A stretch of DNA of 64,000 bases from Eledone cirrhosa (GCA_964016885.1 OZ024748.1:6820001-6884000), one strand, 5' to 3'. Shown: positions 1-14,251, counted from the stretch's first letter. Notes: generated by a model from the sequence alone, not told the origin. Numbers and translations are program-made.

Positions 1-989
1 AATCACAAATTAGAATGTACAATGACATTTTTTTTCCAAGTTCCATTTTTTCCGTTTTTTAAATCATTTTGTTGTATATATTTTCTTCAGTCACCTATTT
101 AATACATATATAAATCTAAAAATGTATATAACTAAAATGAAATAAATAAATATAATAAATAAAGAAATTATAAAAAAAAGAAAGTTGAGTAAATTTATCA
201 CTTGTTAGGTCGGGTGAGTGGCAGAGAAACGGTTGAGCATCGAGCTAATCCTTCGCGTTGGTGTTTGTATTGCTATATTTTAATCACCGTCATTACGTAG
301 TGATTTCAAATCGCAGCCATTGTTACATACAAATCTATTCTTCAGATCACTGGTCGGTATTTTCTGTGCTGTGTAATGTAGCTAGTATTGTTAGGATTAC
401 AAGTATTTATGCAGTTATTGTTGTTGTTGTTAATGGTGGTGAGGGTGATGTTGCTATTGTTACTGTTTTTATTTATTGTTGTTGTTCGTGGGGATGTTGG
501 GAGTTATGGAGATATTACTGTTGTTAGTTTCTGTTGTTTGAGGTTTTGCTGTTGTTACTTTTGTTGTTGTTATTACTAGTGTTGTTGATATTATTGTTGG
601 TTGAAATGTTGCTACTGTTGTTGTTGTCATTATTGTATAACCCCATGTGAGCTATGAATCCAATCATGGCTAAGTTCCACACGGAGTTAAGTAGATAGGA
701 TTATTAGAATTGCAAGAATTGTTGCAATTGTTATTGTTGTTTCTTTCCATAATATGTATGAACCAACAAATTTATTATCAAATCCATTCCAAGCATGCCC
801 ATCCTATCCAGTGCGTTTAGCGTCACATTTTCCAATCTTTTGTTCTGCTATTTCGCAGATCGAACGACCACATAGTGCCTTCCCCAACACGTCCGCTAGT
901 GTTGAGATCAATATCAATATCTGGGTTGATAGAACTGTTAAAGTAGTTGTTATATATTTCAGGTCAAAATATGAATAATAATAATAATA

Positions 990-1104
990 ACTGTTTCTAC
1001 GTTTGGCACAAGGCCAGCAATTATCCCAGTGTATTACTGGTACTTTATTTTATCGACCCCGTAAGGATGAAAGGCAAAGTTAACCTTGGCGGGATTTGAA
1101 CTCA
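990..1104 (-). mobile_element. tRNA-derived SINE (family S1), 5'-truncated
   Basis: Reverse complement of GAGTTCAAATCCCGCC (B-box)-GAGGTTAACTTTGCCTTTCATCCTTACGGGGTCGATAAAATAAAGTACCAG...GGCCTTGTGCCAAA, repeated many times in the window; (ATT)n tail. Confidence 0.85.
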
Positions 1105-1140
1105 TAACCGGCTCCATTTTCAGAACCTGTAGAAGAATCT

Positions 1141-1327
1141 CTATGGTAAATTCTCCAGCGAATTGCACTCTGGGTTCTTGGGTGATAGACGTACACCAAC
1201 ACATGACTTGAAACCACCAAACTGGTCGTTAACTACCTGTATCGGAGTCCTCCCTAATGGAAGCATTTGCACCAGGGGTCTCGTTTGTGGAGACGTTCCT
1301 CCCTGCATCATATCAAGTGTCGTAGGC
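1141..1327 (-). CDS. Candidate terminal coding exon of an unidentified host gene (PTTLDMMQGGTSPQTRPLVQ...NSLENLP*)
   Basis: Unique, GC-richer island; acceptor catttctag|G; 61 open codons then TAG; no homology recognised. Confidence 0.4.
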
Positions 1328-3821
1328 CTAGAAATGCGTTATGGACTCGGGATTTACCTCCCTAACTAAGAGGTAAGAAAGTAATGTGACTTAATATATA
1401 CCAGGAATATGTCTACCAACCCCACAAACGCACACTCTCTCATGTTTTCTCTCATTAACTAACAAATATAAAAGCCGTTTAAATGAATTTATACGAGATT
1501 CATTCACAGACGTGAAGGATAAATATTTTCCACCAAACATGTTCTATTTTCTTCTTTTTACTAAATACGTGATGTTGCTATCAGCAACGTGGGATATGGA
1601 AATGTATGGGGTTTTCCACTCAAGGAAGTAATACAAACCAAGGACCCATATCTTCCTTCTAACACCCACAATATATTTTTTATCCTCAGTCATTGTTTGA
1701 TTAAACTATCTAATCATCACCTCCTACACCATATCTGTACAGGATAAGATTTATAAGAGTCAGTTTATGTCTTAAGATATCGTATGAAATAGAGAACACC
1801 GGGCAGCAGGAATCCTATTTTCGTTTAAAAAACTAAAGGTTTTTTTTTATGTAATGCACGAAAGCTTGAGACATGGTTGTGGAATTTTAGTCCTTTATCT
1901 ACTCTCTTCTTTCGTGTCTCTTTCTAGCTCTCTCATCCCCTATATCTATCTACTATTCTACCTCACTACCCACCTACCTATTTTAATACCTACATAACTA
2001 TCTGCATCTCTAACTAGCTGCCTTGTTACGCACATCTCTCTCTCTCTCTCGTTCTCTCTACCTATCTCTCTATCTCTCTATCTATCTATCTATCGATCTA
2101 TTAATGTTGTTTCTGCTGTACTAGAGAAAACAACCAAATCTCTTTCACCCCCTCCCCCTGCATTTAAAATAAACATGCTGGATGTATTCCAAGATAGGCA
2201 ATGCTTAAGAATAAGAAACACTTCATTCAACTAAGACAATGAGGGAGTCACGTCATGATATTCAAGCAACAACGAATCTTCACCATGATCTTGAGAAATT
2301 GCTTTTTAAAAAATTTAACTCTATCGCTTAAAGAAAAAAAAACGATTTCTCTCTAGGTTCTCAGGTAATGATGGGGGCCCAGCCATCACCAGGTGCCAAA
2401 AAAATCGAAATATAATTTACATCATCCATTTTCCTGTCTCTATTTTCTTTTGTCATATTATCATTTTTTTTCTCTGAGATCAGTTAATAGTTAATAGATA
2501 TCATTTATATGGTAAATCGTTGAATCCATAAACAGAATGTGGTGTTCCTATAACATGACTTGTTATCAGTTGGTGTCAAAATTCCTTCAATAAGTCAATT
2601 TAAGTAGACTAACTAAAGATTATTATCTCGTTTGTTTGTTTTGTCCTTTAAAAAAAATGCAAGCATCTATATACATACATAAACATATGTACATGTATAG
2701 ATACGTATAAAATGTCAAGTATAAATGTAAAAAAATAGAAATTAAACAACTAAAAAACACACGTATTTAAAGACGATATTTCTTTATGACCAAGGATAAT
2801 CTTCGAGATAATTTTTTAAAATGTTCGTTGGGACAGTTATTACAAATAATGGAAACATTAAACAAAATATTATCTTGACCAAGTATATATATGCATATAC
2901 TTATGCATAAATTTCCTCTCACTCTTTCACTCTCACACTCTCATGCCGTCTTTCTTTCTCTTTCTCTCTCTCCCTCTCTCCCACTCTCCTTCTCTCTCAC
3001 TCTCACTCTCTGTCCCTCTCTCTCTCCCTCTTTCAACGTATGTCTTGAATGTGCTTGTGATTGATTACGATTATATGTGTGTCCGTGTGTTTATATAGGT
3101 ATCGATGTCGTGTGTTCGTGTCACTTTTCGAACCTTTTACTCTATCCTCTCTTACATTAATGGCTTCAAATGGAAATTTTATATAGATTTTTAAAAAATT
3201 ATATCTTCGTTTTGGAAGGCTCCATTTCAATAAATGTGTTCCTAGATATTTTTAAGAAACATGATGTGTGTTTCAAAGTTCATCTGTAAAATGAAAATGG
3301 CCATTGAAATGGAAAGTTTCAAGACAACACACAGAAATCCCAAAACAATTTCAAAGAATTGTCCTTCTTTTCGGTGTCAATAAATACGTGAGATCACATC
3401 AACTATTAAACCTCTAGAAGCGGAGCCAGCTCCTTAACTGTTCAGTTATGGTAAGTCCAAAACAATGGAGTACTGCTCACAAATCTCAGAAGTTCCTACC
3501 ACTACGGACACACACACACAGCGACATTATATAGTTCACCTAGAGAAAGACAACCCAAGTGCTTCGCATAAAACCCTCTAACTGTTTTCTTACATCAATT
3601 ACACTGACCTCTGTTTCTCGTAGCTGTATGTCATAACTTGACACAGTGTTCAGTGACTTCGTTTTTGACAGATCACTGGCATAAATGTCGCCTTTATGAG
3701 ATCGGCTGTTACAGCATTTAATTTTATTCGTGGTCAAACAATGATTCAGTTATATTTGCTATATGTTCAAGTTAAGGCGATTGACAGTCTGAATTACGTT
3801 TATACATATATATATATATAT

Positions 3822-3912
<91 letters not shown>

Positions 3913-3917
3913 ATTAT

Positions 3918-4035
3918 TGAGTTCAAATCGGCGCCGAGGTTAACTTTGCCTTTCATCCTTATGGGCTCGATAAAATAAAGTACCAGTAATACACTGGTTA
4001 ATTGCTGGCCTTGTGCCAAAATAGTAGAAACAATT
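3918..4035 (+). mobile_element. SINE S1 copy
   Basis: Same B-box plus central domain plus tail, inserted beside (TA)n. Confidence 0.85.
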
Positions 4036-4045
4036 ATATATATAT

Positions 4046-4133
4046 ATTAAAATAACAGATTAAACTTTAAACAAAGAATCGCTGCTTTCACCCTCTTTGG
4101 ATTTTAGTCTTCACATTTATTATCATTACTATA
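4046..4133. mobile_element. PLE-derived mini-element family B with 5' inversion
   Basis: Antisense piece (ttaaaataacagattaaa...gaatcgctgctttcacc) joined to the sense 3' end ccctctttggattttagtcttcacatttattatcattac(TA). Confidence 0.7.
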
Positions 4134-4173
4134 TATAGCAGAGTATAAAAGTGTTAATATAGATGAGATTCTA

Positions 4174-4215
4174 CAGGACTAGAACTGTTTCATTCTTTAG
4201 AAATCATCAGGAATC

Positions 4216-4218
<3 letters not shown>
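4174..4218 (-). ncRNA. Candidate minimal hammerhead ribozyme (family F)
   Basis: caggattc-CTGATGA-t-TTC-taaa-GAA-t-GAAA-cag-TT-ctagtcctg; stem I has an internal loop; decayed relative at 53746-53785. Confidence 0.5.
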
Positions 4219-4272
<54 letters not shown>

Positions 4273-5582
4273 TATACGTACTTACATTTCTGAGATAGGT
4301 GACTGGATACGTACGTGTATCTTTGTCTCTCCCCATTTTTACCTAATTTTCCCCCCGTTCCTTCCTCTCATCACTCTTTACTTTCTATCTATCTTCTATT
4401 TCTAACTCTTCTTATGAGGGACTATTGTTGACCGAAACCTTACGACTCTTTTCCTGCTATTTCAAGCGTTAAACTAATATATTTCTTCCATGCACTGTGC
4501 CGTTTGTTTTGTTATTTCTGTTTCCCTCTTAAGAAAAACAACAAAACAATGCCACCAAACTATCAAAAAACTCAAGCAGGACCAGAAATCGAATGAGAAA
4601 TACAAGAAAGCAGACATTTTCACAAAAACAGACGTCAAATGATGACAGAAAAAGCAACACATTTACAATAAAATATCAGTCTTTTTATCTCGCTGTATAA
4701 ACAACCAATAAAACATACTATATACGTCAACATTTCATTCTTAGAATGCCTCTGTATAGCAATGTGTGTATACATGTATATAAATATATATCTTTGTAAA
4801 TATGTATATATATATATAGTGATCTTGTATATATATATATATATGGAGGTGTATATGGCTTTTGTGTCTGGAAGTTTGTGTGAATGTCTGTTTACATTAG
4901 AGAAGGCCTGTTCTCCAGTGAGCCGGATCTTCACCGACTCTACACATAACGTGGTGTATTCTGGTTGCAACTAAGTACTTCTACAGACAGGTTCCTTCAC
5001 ACATTCTCCAGTAAGTCATGAATGAATAGATAACATAGAGTAATAGCAGTCAAATCTCCAACGCTTCAATCTTCGATGTGTAATACAACTTTATTCTATA
5101 TTTCTATTATTCTATATTTCTATTATTCTATAATTTCAAGGTGACTGCAAAAATAAAATAAAAGGTAATACGAGTGTAGCAGCAACATATTGCATTCGGT
5201 GACTAACCCAGGCTTGACTGCTTGGCAGGCCGAAGAGGTCTAACTGTTGAAGTATAGATCCCTTCCAGGCAGGGTTTTGGTTAAGCCTGTGACAATGGAG
5301 ACTTCCAACTTTCGTGGCCTCTGACTACATCCCTATTCACTGTTATTGGGGCGGATTTGGCTACATGCAAGAGCAAAATTCGGGAGTTGGAGTGGCTGTT
5401 GCTGTGCGTTTCCTTCTCAATACCCCGGGGCAACGTTTTCGCCATTGTGTCCCCTGGACAAACCCTGAAATGAGAATGAAAATGATTGCCAAATTTAGGG
5501 GGAAAAGATATTTTAGAAAATATTTTAGAAAGTATTAATTTAGATACACATAAATATTTATTAAGATAGACGAAAAGACAGG

Positions 5583-5655
<73 letters not shown>

Positions 5656-5656
<1 letters not shown>

Positions 5657-6003
5657 TTAGCCACAGGGGCACAAAAGAAGGGGACAAATACAAAGGGGGA
5701 AGTTTACATACAATAAAAAAGTGTAAAATATTATCACAAATGCAATTTAAAAGTTAATCGATTTTCCCCAATAGGGGGAGACATTTCATATTGGTAACAC
5801 ATACCCCCGAAAAAATGTGCAACCCTCATCTCCAGGAGTACGAAGAGTTTGTACCCCTTTCCTCTCTTCCTCTTTTTCCTCAACCTACATGCTGATATAG
5901 AGAGAAGGCCCATTCACTCGGGTCATTCTCGCCACTTTCCCCACCTTTCATAAAACTTGCTGATTCTTCTCCCAAAATAGTATTTGAAAAAAAAAGAAGA
6001 ATC
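5656..6003 (-). mobile_element. 3' end of an L1/Tx1-like LINE inserted in (GATA)n
   Basis: Degenerate ORF2 C-terminus-like peptide (FFKYY...KFYERW..VARMTRVNGPSL) plus T-rich 3'UTR; (GATA)n on both sides (5584-5655, 6005-6086). Confidence 0.5.
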
Positions 6004-6027
6004 AGATAGATAAATAGATAGATGGGT

Positions 6028-6087
<60 letters not shown>

Positions 6088-7359
6088 TGGTGGTTGCAGT
6101 CGTGATGATATTAACAATAAGAAAAAAAATTCACATAAAATCAATGAAAATATAAGCTAATAGAGAAAACTATGTCTTTTAGGGACCATGTTGAGCCCAA
6201 ATGGAGCTGACCTTTGAAGAAGACATCCCAAATGGGACCACATCGTTATATGTTTCTCAGACAAAACTTTTCTTACTGTGTTTTTAGGATTACATTATCC
6301 GATGAACTTCCCGTTCTAAGAGATGACGGTGTGATATGAGGTATATTTAGCTGCTACATCTAGCAGCTTGAATGACCGACCCCACCCCCATAGAAACCTC
6401 TCTATAGAACGTACGTGGTGATGTTGGTGATGTTGGTGGCTTGCTGTTAGTTAACCACTGAGCCACATCGCTGAGCATGGTTGATATTTTGAAAAATGAG
6501 TCGTTTATTATCTCGTAAATAAACTTGCCGCTGTCACAAACCCCGACTCCCTCAGGATACGCTAGATTTTGCTCATTTGAAAAACATTTAACGTTCTTAG
6601 ATTACAGAATTTGTTCCACCATAGACACAAAACCTCACACACGCACAAACATACGTACAAATACACACACGCACAAACATACACGCACACACATATGTAT
6701 ATATAAGCATACATATAGAAAAATATATACGTACACACTCACAAACACACATGCACATATATTAGCAAACATATAGAAAAAAATAAATACGCATACACTT
6801 ATATACATATACACCCGCACAAATACATACACATACGCACACATAGACACATAAGACAGAAATATATGCACACACACATACACACTCACATAATCACAGA
6901 AACACACGTACACACATACTCACACACACACACACTCACCTACACCTTCCTCCTACACACACAGGTGAAGATGGAACTAGAATCTGGAGTAACCTGTGAA
7001 CACAAAAACATTTTTTCACCTACATTTATTTGGGGTATTTTTGTTGTCATTTTTAAAGAATTTTTTGTCGCGGTTGCTGTTGTTTTTGTTATTGTTGTGT
7101 CTTTGTTGTTGCTGTTGTGGTGTTGTTGTTGTTTATATATTTTGTTGTCGTGGTTGCTGTTGTTATTCTTGTTTTTATACATTTTTTGTCGAGTTTGCAG
7201 TTGTTTTTTTTAAATCTTCTTGTCTTGGTTGCTGTTGTTTTTGTTATTTTTGCTGTTATTTTTGCTGATGTCGTTGGTGCAGTTGTTGTTGTTATTGTCG
7301 TTTTTGATATTGTTGGTGTTGTTGTTATTGTTGCTAATACTTTAACTTCTAGTATCACA

Positions 7360-7541
7360 ATTGACAGTATCGGTAGAACGTCAGACACCATGCATTGCAG
7401 CATAGTTACGCCCCTTTACGGTCTGAGTTCAAATCCCGCCGAAGTTTAACTTTGCCTTTCATCCTTACGGGGTCGATAAAATAAAGTACCAGTAATACAC
7501 TGGAGTAATTGCTGGCCTTGTGCCAAAAGTAGAAACAATTG
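7360..7541 (+). mobile_element. SINE S1, near full length with tRNA-like head
   Basis: A-box-like TGACAGTATCGGTAG, B-box GAGTTCAAATCC, central domain and tail. Confidence 0.85.
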
Positions 7542-7595
7542 TTATCGTTATTTTATCAACCTGCCCCTCACAATTTCCAGGTATGGCCATCAAGC

Positions 7596-7614
7596 TTACT
7601 ACTACCACCACCAT

Positions 7615-7652
<38 letters not shown>

Positions 7653-7677
7653 AGACCACCGCCACCACCGCCACCAA

Positions 7678-7746
<69 letters not shown>

Positions 7747-7749
7747 CAT

Positions 7750-7824
<75 letters not shown>

Positions 7825-7827
7825 CAT

Positions 7828-7882
<55 letters not shown>
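7596..7882. repeat. (TAC)n trinucleotide tract with periodic ACCATCACC interruptions
   Basis: Read directly; source of the poly-T, poly-V and poly-L ORFs. Confidence 0.95.
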
Positions 7883-7883
<1 letters not shown>

Positions 7884-7949
7884 TTGGTTGTCCATCGTAA
7901 ACGATGATGACAACTTCTTTATTTTAGTTCTAGGGCTTTGGGAGTGCAC

Positions 7950-8550
7950 GCTAAAGAAGAAACCTGAGCGGGAAAGATTTATAGTGGGAGGGCCAGTGCA
8001 CAATGACGGTCCCACTCACTCGGCCGCAGCAGCCAGAATCCAGTGGTACGGAGGACCGTCACCACCAGGGACTTCCTTGGCTGCAGTGGATGGCCACAAC
8101 GTCTGTAGTGCCTTGCCGTGCCCTGGCGCTCCACACCGCTTGCTGTCGCCGCCTTCGTGACCGTTGGGATGATGTTGTCCTCCTCCACTCACTCCGTCGG
8201 GTTCAGTCTTCGCATGCAGGGGCAGGCATCCCCTACCTAACTCACCGGAGGAGGGGGGGGGGGCTTAGACCCGTCCGGCTACCATCAACCTGGTTCGGCC
8301 CGCCAGCCAAGGCGGTTTACCGGGATGTGGCTGCAACAGCTTCTTGGGGCCACAGGTGAGAGCTGAGTATCAGGTGGGACCCAATGCAGGATGATCTGTC
8401 CTGAAAAGGGCATGGCTAGCTCTCCCTACAGAGATAATGCCTCTCACCAAGTAAACTTGGTGGGGTTGCCAGTTTAGTCGCCGACGACCCGATCATGTGA
8501 CAGGTTGTACAGGTTTACATGTTACCAGTAGCACTCAAGAGTGACCTGAC
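7950..8550 (-). mobile_element. GC-rich interspersed repeat, probably the 5'UTR of an RTE-clade LINE
   Basis: Terminus ...catgttaccagtagcac...gtgacctgac shared with 31940-32115 and, inverted, with 10868-11015; RTE assignment is by recalled resemblance only. Confidence 0.5.
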
Positions 8551-8554
8551 ACTA

Positions 8555-8614
<60 letters not shown>

Positions 8615-8806
8615 GCTGGTGCTGCTGCTGCTGCTGCTGCTGTTATTGTGGGTATTTTAAATGTTGATAAGATTCATGGAAGACAAACAATATCATCTTA
8701 AAGCAGAAAAATCTGGGATGTTCCAAAGATGGACTAAAGCACAGTACTAAATTGAATGAAAAAAATTAACAATGAGACACCCATATATATATATATATAT
8801 ATATAT

Positions 8807-8939
8807 AACGAAGGAAATGTGGTAAGGAACCAGGTGGACCATAACGCACCAAAGTACTCAATACTTGAGGTAGTAGAGTGGGTAAACCAGAATTAGCCGT
8901 CGAAACGGCTTGAGCTCAGCTGTCGGGGTCTTACTGGTT

Positions 8940-8943
<4 letters not shown>
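8807..8943. mobile_element. PLE-derived mini-element family A with inversion
   Basis: Same sequence as 9671-9810, 33594-33680, 34326-34533 and 37728-37898; (TA)n on both sides. Confidence 0.75.
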
Positions 8944-9018
<75 letters not shown>

Positions 9019-9023
<5 letters not shown>

Positions 9024-9366
9024 CTTGGGGAGGGTCTTATTGTTGTAATAATATCGCCAAAAATAGTAACAGAACACACTCACTGTTTGGTTGGTGTTTC
9101 GCTTCTGTATCTTTTATATCTCCATAGTTAATTTATTTGGCAATCAATGTTTATCATTGATTGACCAACGGTTAAAAATACAGATATAGATACATATATA
9201 TAGTCTATCAAAGTGCCTTCGTTGCACAACTGCAACATCATCAGTGGAACTATTATGTTTCCTCCTCTTGTATTGTATGTGTACGACATTTTTATTTTAT
9301 TTATTTATATATAACAATATTTGTTTCAACATACGATTTCATATCAAAAACCTTGAAAAACGAATA
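9019..9366. mobile_element. PLE family C 3' region (pLTR-like), inverted structure
   Basis: 9019-9305 is antisense to 56100-56385; 9310-9366 is the sense terminus matching 56383-56437. Confidence 0.75.
9209..9246 (-). ncRNA. Hammerhead ribozyme motif (family C), core mutated GAAA>GAAG
   Basis: ca-CTGATGA-t-GTTGCA-gttg-TGCAAC-GAAG-gcac-TT-tg. Confidence 0.6.
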
Positions 9367-9372
9367 TATATG

Positions 9373-9670
<298 letters not shown>

Positions 9671-9674
<4 letters not shown>

Positions 9675-9810
9675 AGAATTAGCCGTCGAAACGGCTTGGG
9701 CTCAGCCGTCGGGGTCTTACTGGTTCCTATTACCCACTCTACTACCCTAAGTATTGAGTACTTTGGTGCGTTATGGTCCACCTGGTTCCTTACCACATTT
9801 CCTTCGTTAT
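9671..9810 (+). mobile_element. Family A mini-element carrying the 3' half of a hammerhead
   Basis: GAAA-CGGC-ttgggctca-GCCG-TC; fixed 3' end ...accacatttccttcgt(TA). Confidence 0.75.
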
Positions 9811-9916
9811 ATATATACCTGATTTTAGGTATATGTAAAAATATAGGGAGGCACCAGTTTATATTATGTATAAATATAGTAAAAACTGTATCTATTGAAG
9901 GTATTCGAATATATAC

Positions 9917-9976
<60 letters not shown>

Positions 9977-10178
9977 CTGTGTGTGTATAACATTGCCTGT
10001 GTATCGTAATTATATTCACCATATTTGCTGGCATGTGTCCCAAGCAATAGTCTGTAGAACTGTAGAAACCCTCAGAGTTTGGAAGAATATCAACATGAAA
10101 TACAATCATACCACTTCGACCACTTACAAACTTATAATCTAATCTCACAAAATAGACAAATGGACCCTTACCAAGCAT

Positions 10179-10261
<83 letters not shown>

Positions 10262-10867
10262 CGTGTGTATGTGTCTGTCTGTGTGTGTTTATATATTTAT
10301 ACATATCTATATATATATAAATATATAGCGAGAGAAGGGGGTAATAGAGCAGGGAAGGAGAGAAGGGAGAGAGAGGGGGGAGGGAGAGAGAGAAAGAGAG
10401 AGTGAGAGAGTGGAGAGGGAGAAATAGAGATTAATACAGTGAATGCCTAGAGATAGTATGAGGGGTAACAATGGACAATTTTCAATCGTTAAATATCTCG
10501 ATAACCGTGTTCAATATGAAAGATAGATATTTGGGTTTAGTGCAACGGTACAGAAGTTGTGTGAGAGACCAGGTTAATCCCTACGAGGAAAACTGCCGCC
10601 AGTAAATTATATATAGAAGACAACAATATCGAAACCGCTACGATACATTTAAGCCCGCCTGGGACTTTAATATCTTGGCTGTCTGTCAGATGGTCAACAG
10701 TCATTTAATTGGTTGTGGTATTGATGATAGTGATATTTGTGGTGCTGGTTTTAGTAATGGTGGTGTTGGGGATGGTGGTAGTTATCTACCTCTACGCAAA
10801 TTTACTTTGAGATGAAAGATATAAAGAAATGAAAGGGCAAAGTGTATGTGTCTGTGCGGATATATAC

Positions 10868-11015
10868 CCAGTACAACCTGTACATTGTTGGGTCGTTGTT
10901 GACTAAGCCGACAAAGCCACCAAGCTTATTTCGTGAGGTGGGTGATTTTGGACACCCTGTGGGATTAAAAACAAAACCCGTCAAAGGGCAGAGGAACTCA
11001 GGACAGTAAATGACC
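10868..11015 (+). mobile_element. Diverged copy of the RTE-5'UTR-like repeat
   Basis: Inverted match to 31925-32080. Confidence 0.5.
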
Positions 11016-11044
11016 ATCCAATAAAGTTTTTTTGTTTTTTGTGA

Positions 11045-11378
11045 AGTGAGAGACTCCTAGTATCCCTTAACACATCTCTCTGGGAGAAGGTCACACTGAT
11101 ATAAAACCTGCGACTTCGTTTGCATCCAATGATGTTGACCAGTTCTCCCTTTTGAGCAAAAGCATTCGATGTTCAGAGAGTAGGATTGGCCTCGTGAAAA
11201 ACCTCTCCTCACCTAAAAAAGCTTCAAGCATAGGGATCGCTTGAAATGTGACATGTTTTTTTACAATGCATGGTATTACTGGCCATAGGCAAGTTCCTAG
11301 CAGGACTAAAAAGTCTCGTCCGATATACTCATGCGCATCAAGCGATGCCTGGCATTACTCGAAATCGAGTTGCAGTTA

Positions 11379-11380
<2 letters not shown>
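11045..11380 (+). repeat. Unclassified interspersed repeat of about 330 bp, copy 1
   Basis: Collinear with 52580-52915 (aaacctgc...cgtttgcatccaatgatg...ttactcgaaatcgagttgca); both copies end at a microsatellite. Confidence 0.75.
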
Positions 11381-11448
<68 letters not shown>

Positions 11449-11597
11449 ACACACACACACAAATATGTAGGGTCAGTTTCCTTTTAGACATATTGAATTG
11501 AACATTATATTTTACTATTATTTTTTTGTTGTTGTCAATATATAAACTCATATATATATATGAACAATATATATGCACGACCCATGTATATATACGG

Positions 11598-11632
<35 letters not shown>

Positions 11633-11774
11633 AATGGAGAAAGCTAATAGCGATACTCCGGCCAACAAACATTAGGAAATATCTGAGTATATTCCTAATT
11701 AAACGTTCGGGTGCTAATTATATTGTATTGTGTGGAGAATTGGCTGTATCATTTCATAAGAGATATATCAAATA

Positions 11775-11841
<67 letters not shown>

Positions 11842-13283
11842 ATATATTTACCTGGATATATGTGTGATTTTCGTCGAAGTACGTAGGTGTATGGAACACT
11901 TTCTTTAATTGTATGTTTCTCTTGTGTATTATATCTCATATCTCTTTATGTAACTTCGTATTTATTAAGAAACTAAAATCACTTCATTGAATTAACAATA
12001 ACGGAATACAAAACATACTCTCATGTATTCTTCTTATCTTGTTCTCAACTTTCTCACTGTCTCTCTTGGAAATCAACTGAGTATACAAAATTTACCATCC
12101 ATGAAACCTACTTCTATAAAGTAATTATTAAGGCAACAAGTTTCTGTCTAAAATATGCAGGTGATATTTTTAATTAAAAGTTTTACCATGGAATGTCAAT
12201 CGTAGTGGGGAAATGTAGATATGAAGCTATATGTTCTTTGTTTCGAATCTCCTCGATATTTAGTTCCATGTCCCAGAGACGAGCTGCACAAAGGTCTCCA
12301 GTCTTTATCGTACTATGACTAGTCAGCAAAATTGTATAGCTCTTGCAATAGACCGCATTTCAACAAGTGTTCAATAATGTCTAGCTCTCATTGCCGTACC
12401 CCCCTCATCAACCACTATCTTGATGTTGAATGCACAAAAAGCCACCGTTGAGCTATTCTTCACAACTGGGATCTGCACTCGCTATCATGCCGCCATAACG
12501 TAAGCCGGTTTCCCCGACACCCTACTCTGAACCACATCATCATCAGAAGCCTCAACACAGCCGGCTTCTCGTCACAAATGTAACTAATTGGCCTCGACTT
12601 TGGTGATAGCTTGTAACAATTGTTATTGATATTGTTATTGATACTTTTTAATTAATTTTGTACGTAGTGACAGTGTAATATTGTTGTTGTTGCTTTTGTA
12701 ATGATTTTGTTGCTGTCTTGGGCAAGATTCATTTACAATATTCTCGGGTCGACCCTATCAATTTCAGTGAACTGTTATTGACAGAGACAGTTTGGAAGTT
12801 CATCTAATTCACTGTACCTCTAATTCAAATTGCTCGCCTTTTCATACACTGTGTCACAGTCATATCCAAAACAATTAACTGCCTATAGAAAACACGTTAA
12901 TTACATATCAATTAAATGTGCAAGCTGTTCCAATGATCAAATAATTGAAACACTCATCCTCGAAACCAATGGAAGTCCATCACACTCCACATGTAAACTA
13001 AGATTTAGTAAATACACAATAGAGTCTTTGAAGATTAGACATTCCTCTATAATATATTAGGACATAATATATCTGCGAATACATTAAAGAATCTGCTTTT
13101 CCTTTCTTTAAGACGGCAATTTGAGGAAACTTTGGGTGCTATATCTAGCCTGGTGGATATTCCTTCCTAGCCGATACTGACATTGAACGCAATTTGTTTT
13201 GTCTTCATAAAATTTACCTCCGATATAGCTTTGTATATATGCATGTTTATAAACACGTACTCACATTATATATATATATATAT

Positions 13284-13416
13284 TGAGTTACGGCCCTTGC
13301 CATTCTGCGTTCTAATCCCGCCGAGGTTAACTTTGCCTTTCATCCTTACGGGGTCGATAAAATAAAGTACCAGTAATGTACTGGGTAATTGCTGGCCTTG
13401 TGCCAAATGTAGAAAC

Positions 13417-13420
<4 letters not shown>
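13284..13420 (+). mobile_element. SINE S1 copy
   Basis: Central domain and tail identical to the other copies. Confidence 0.85.
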
Positions 13421-13454
<34 letters not shown>

Positions 13455-13514
13455 AATGAACTTATAACATAAAGTACATATGAACATATGTCACTATCTT
13501 TAAACCAAATATTG

Positions 13515-13575
13515 TATTTTATCTGACGAAAGCGTACTAAAATATTGGTACTTTTGAAATATGTATAATAAAATA
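13515..13575 (+). ncRNA. Hammerhead ribozyme motif (family E-related)
   Basis: TATTTTAT-CTGACGA-aagcGTACTAA-aata-TTGGTACtttt-GAAA-tatgta-TA-ATAAAATA; perfect 8-bp stem I; inside a (TA)n-flanked insert at about 13450-13620. Confidence 0.7.
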
Positions 13576-13680
13576 AATTTGGTTTTATAAATATATTTTC
13601 CATTTATTAATATTATTGGTATATATATATACACACACACATATATATATATACAGAGAGAGAGAGAGTTCCTTAAAAAG

Positions 13681-13717
<37 letters not shown>

Positions 13718-14091
13718 GAGAAGAAAGAAGAATACTGCGTGGTTGCACATGGGTTACATATGATAACATTAGTCCTTCGTCAGTGATTTGCCAACCATCA
13801 TTGATATTTCATCGCATTAAAAATCATATACCTCAGGTTGGTGCGAGCAATAACTAAAAAAAGCTATTGGGACAAGTAAATCGCGTAAAGCGAGTGAGAC
13901 AAGTAACCAACATAGAAGGATGAAAGCAACGCAAAGATGGGAATAAACAAGCAATATATATATATATATGTATATATAAACATGGTTCATGGCAAATGTT
14001 TGTTTAACTTTCATATGGCAACCCCGTAAAACAGAGAGAAACTCTGTTATTTCATGTAATCTAAACAGGAAACCCATCCACCAAGTATTAC

Positions 14092-14251
14092 CTGGCATGT
14101 CAAACATATTCTTCTTTTGCTTCGTTTTCAACTCTGGTGGAATACGTTTAGTCCAGATATTTACGTTACCGTTATACTGTCCTCTGCCATGAACTTTACG
14201 AAATTGTATCCCAAATCTTGATATCTTCTTTTCATAGTCTCCGATACAAAA
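14092..14251 (-). CDS. Candidate internal exon (FCIGDYEKKISRFGIQFRKVHGRGQYNGNVNIWTKRIPPELKTKQKKNMFDMP)
   Basis: Acceptor gatttag|, donor CAG|GTAATA, 160 nt with an open frame, phase 0 to 1. Confidence 0.4.

Noticed and set aside
4408-4450. cttatgaggg...ccgaaaccttac hammerhead-like relic
   Set aside because: Core and stems too decayed to support a call
7465-7907. Poly-Thr mucin-like ORF
   Set aside because: (TAC)n microsatellite adjoining a SINE tail
12250-12520. Possible old LINE 3' remnant on the - strand
   Set aside because: Only vague motif resemblance with many stops
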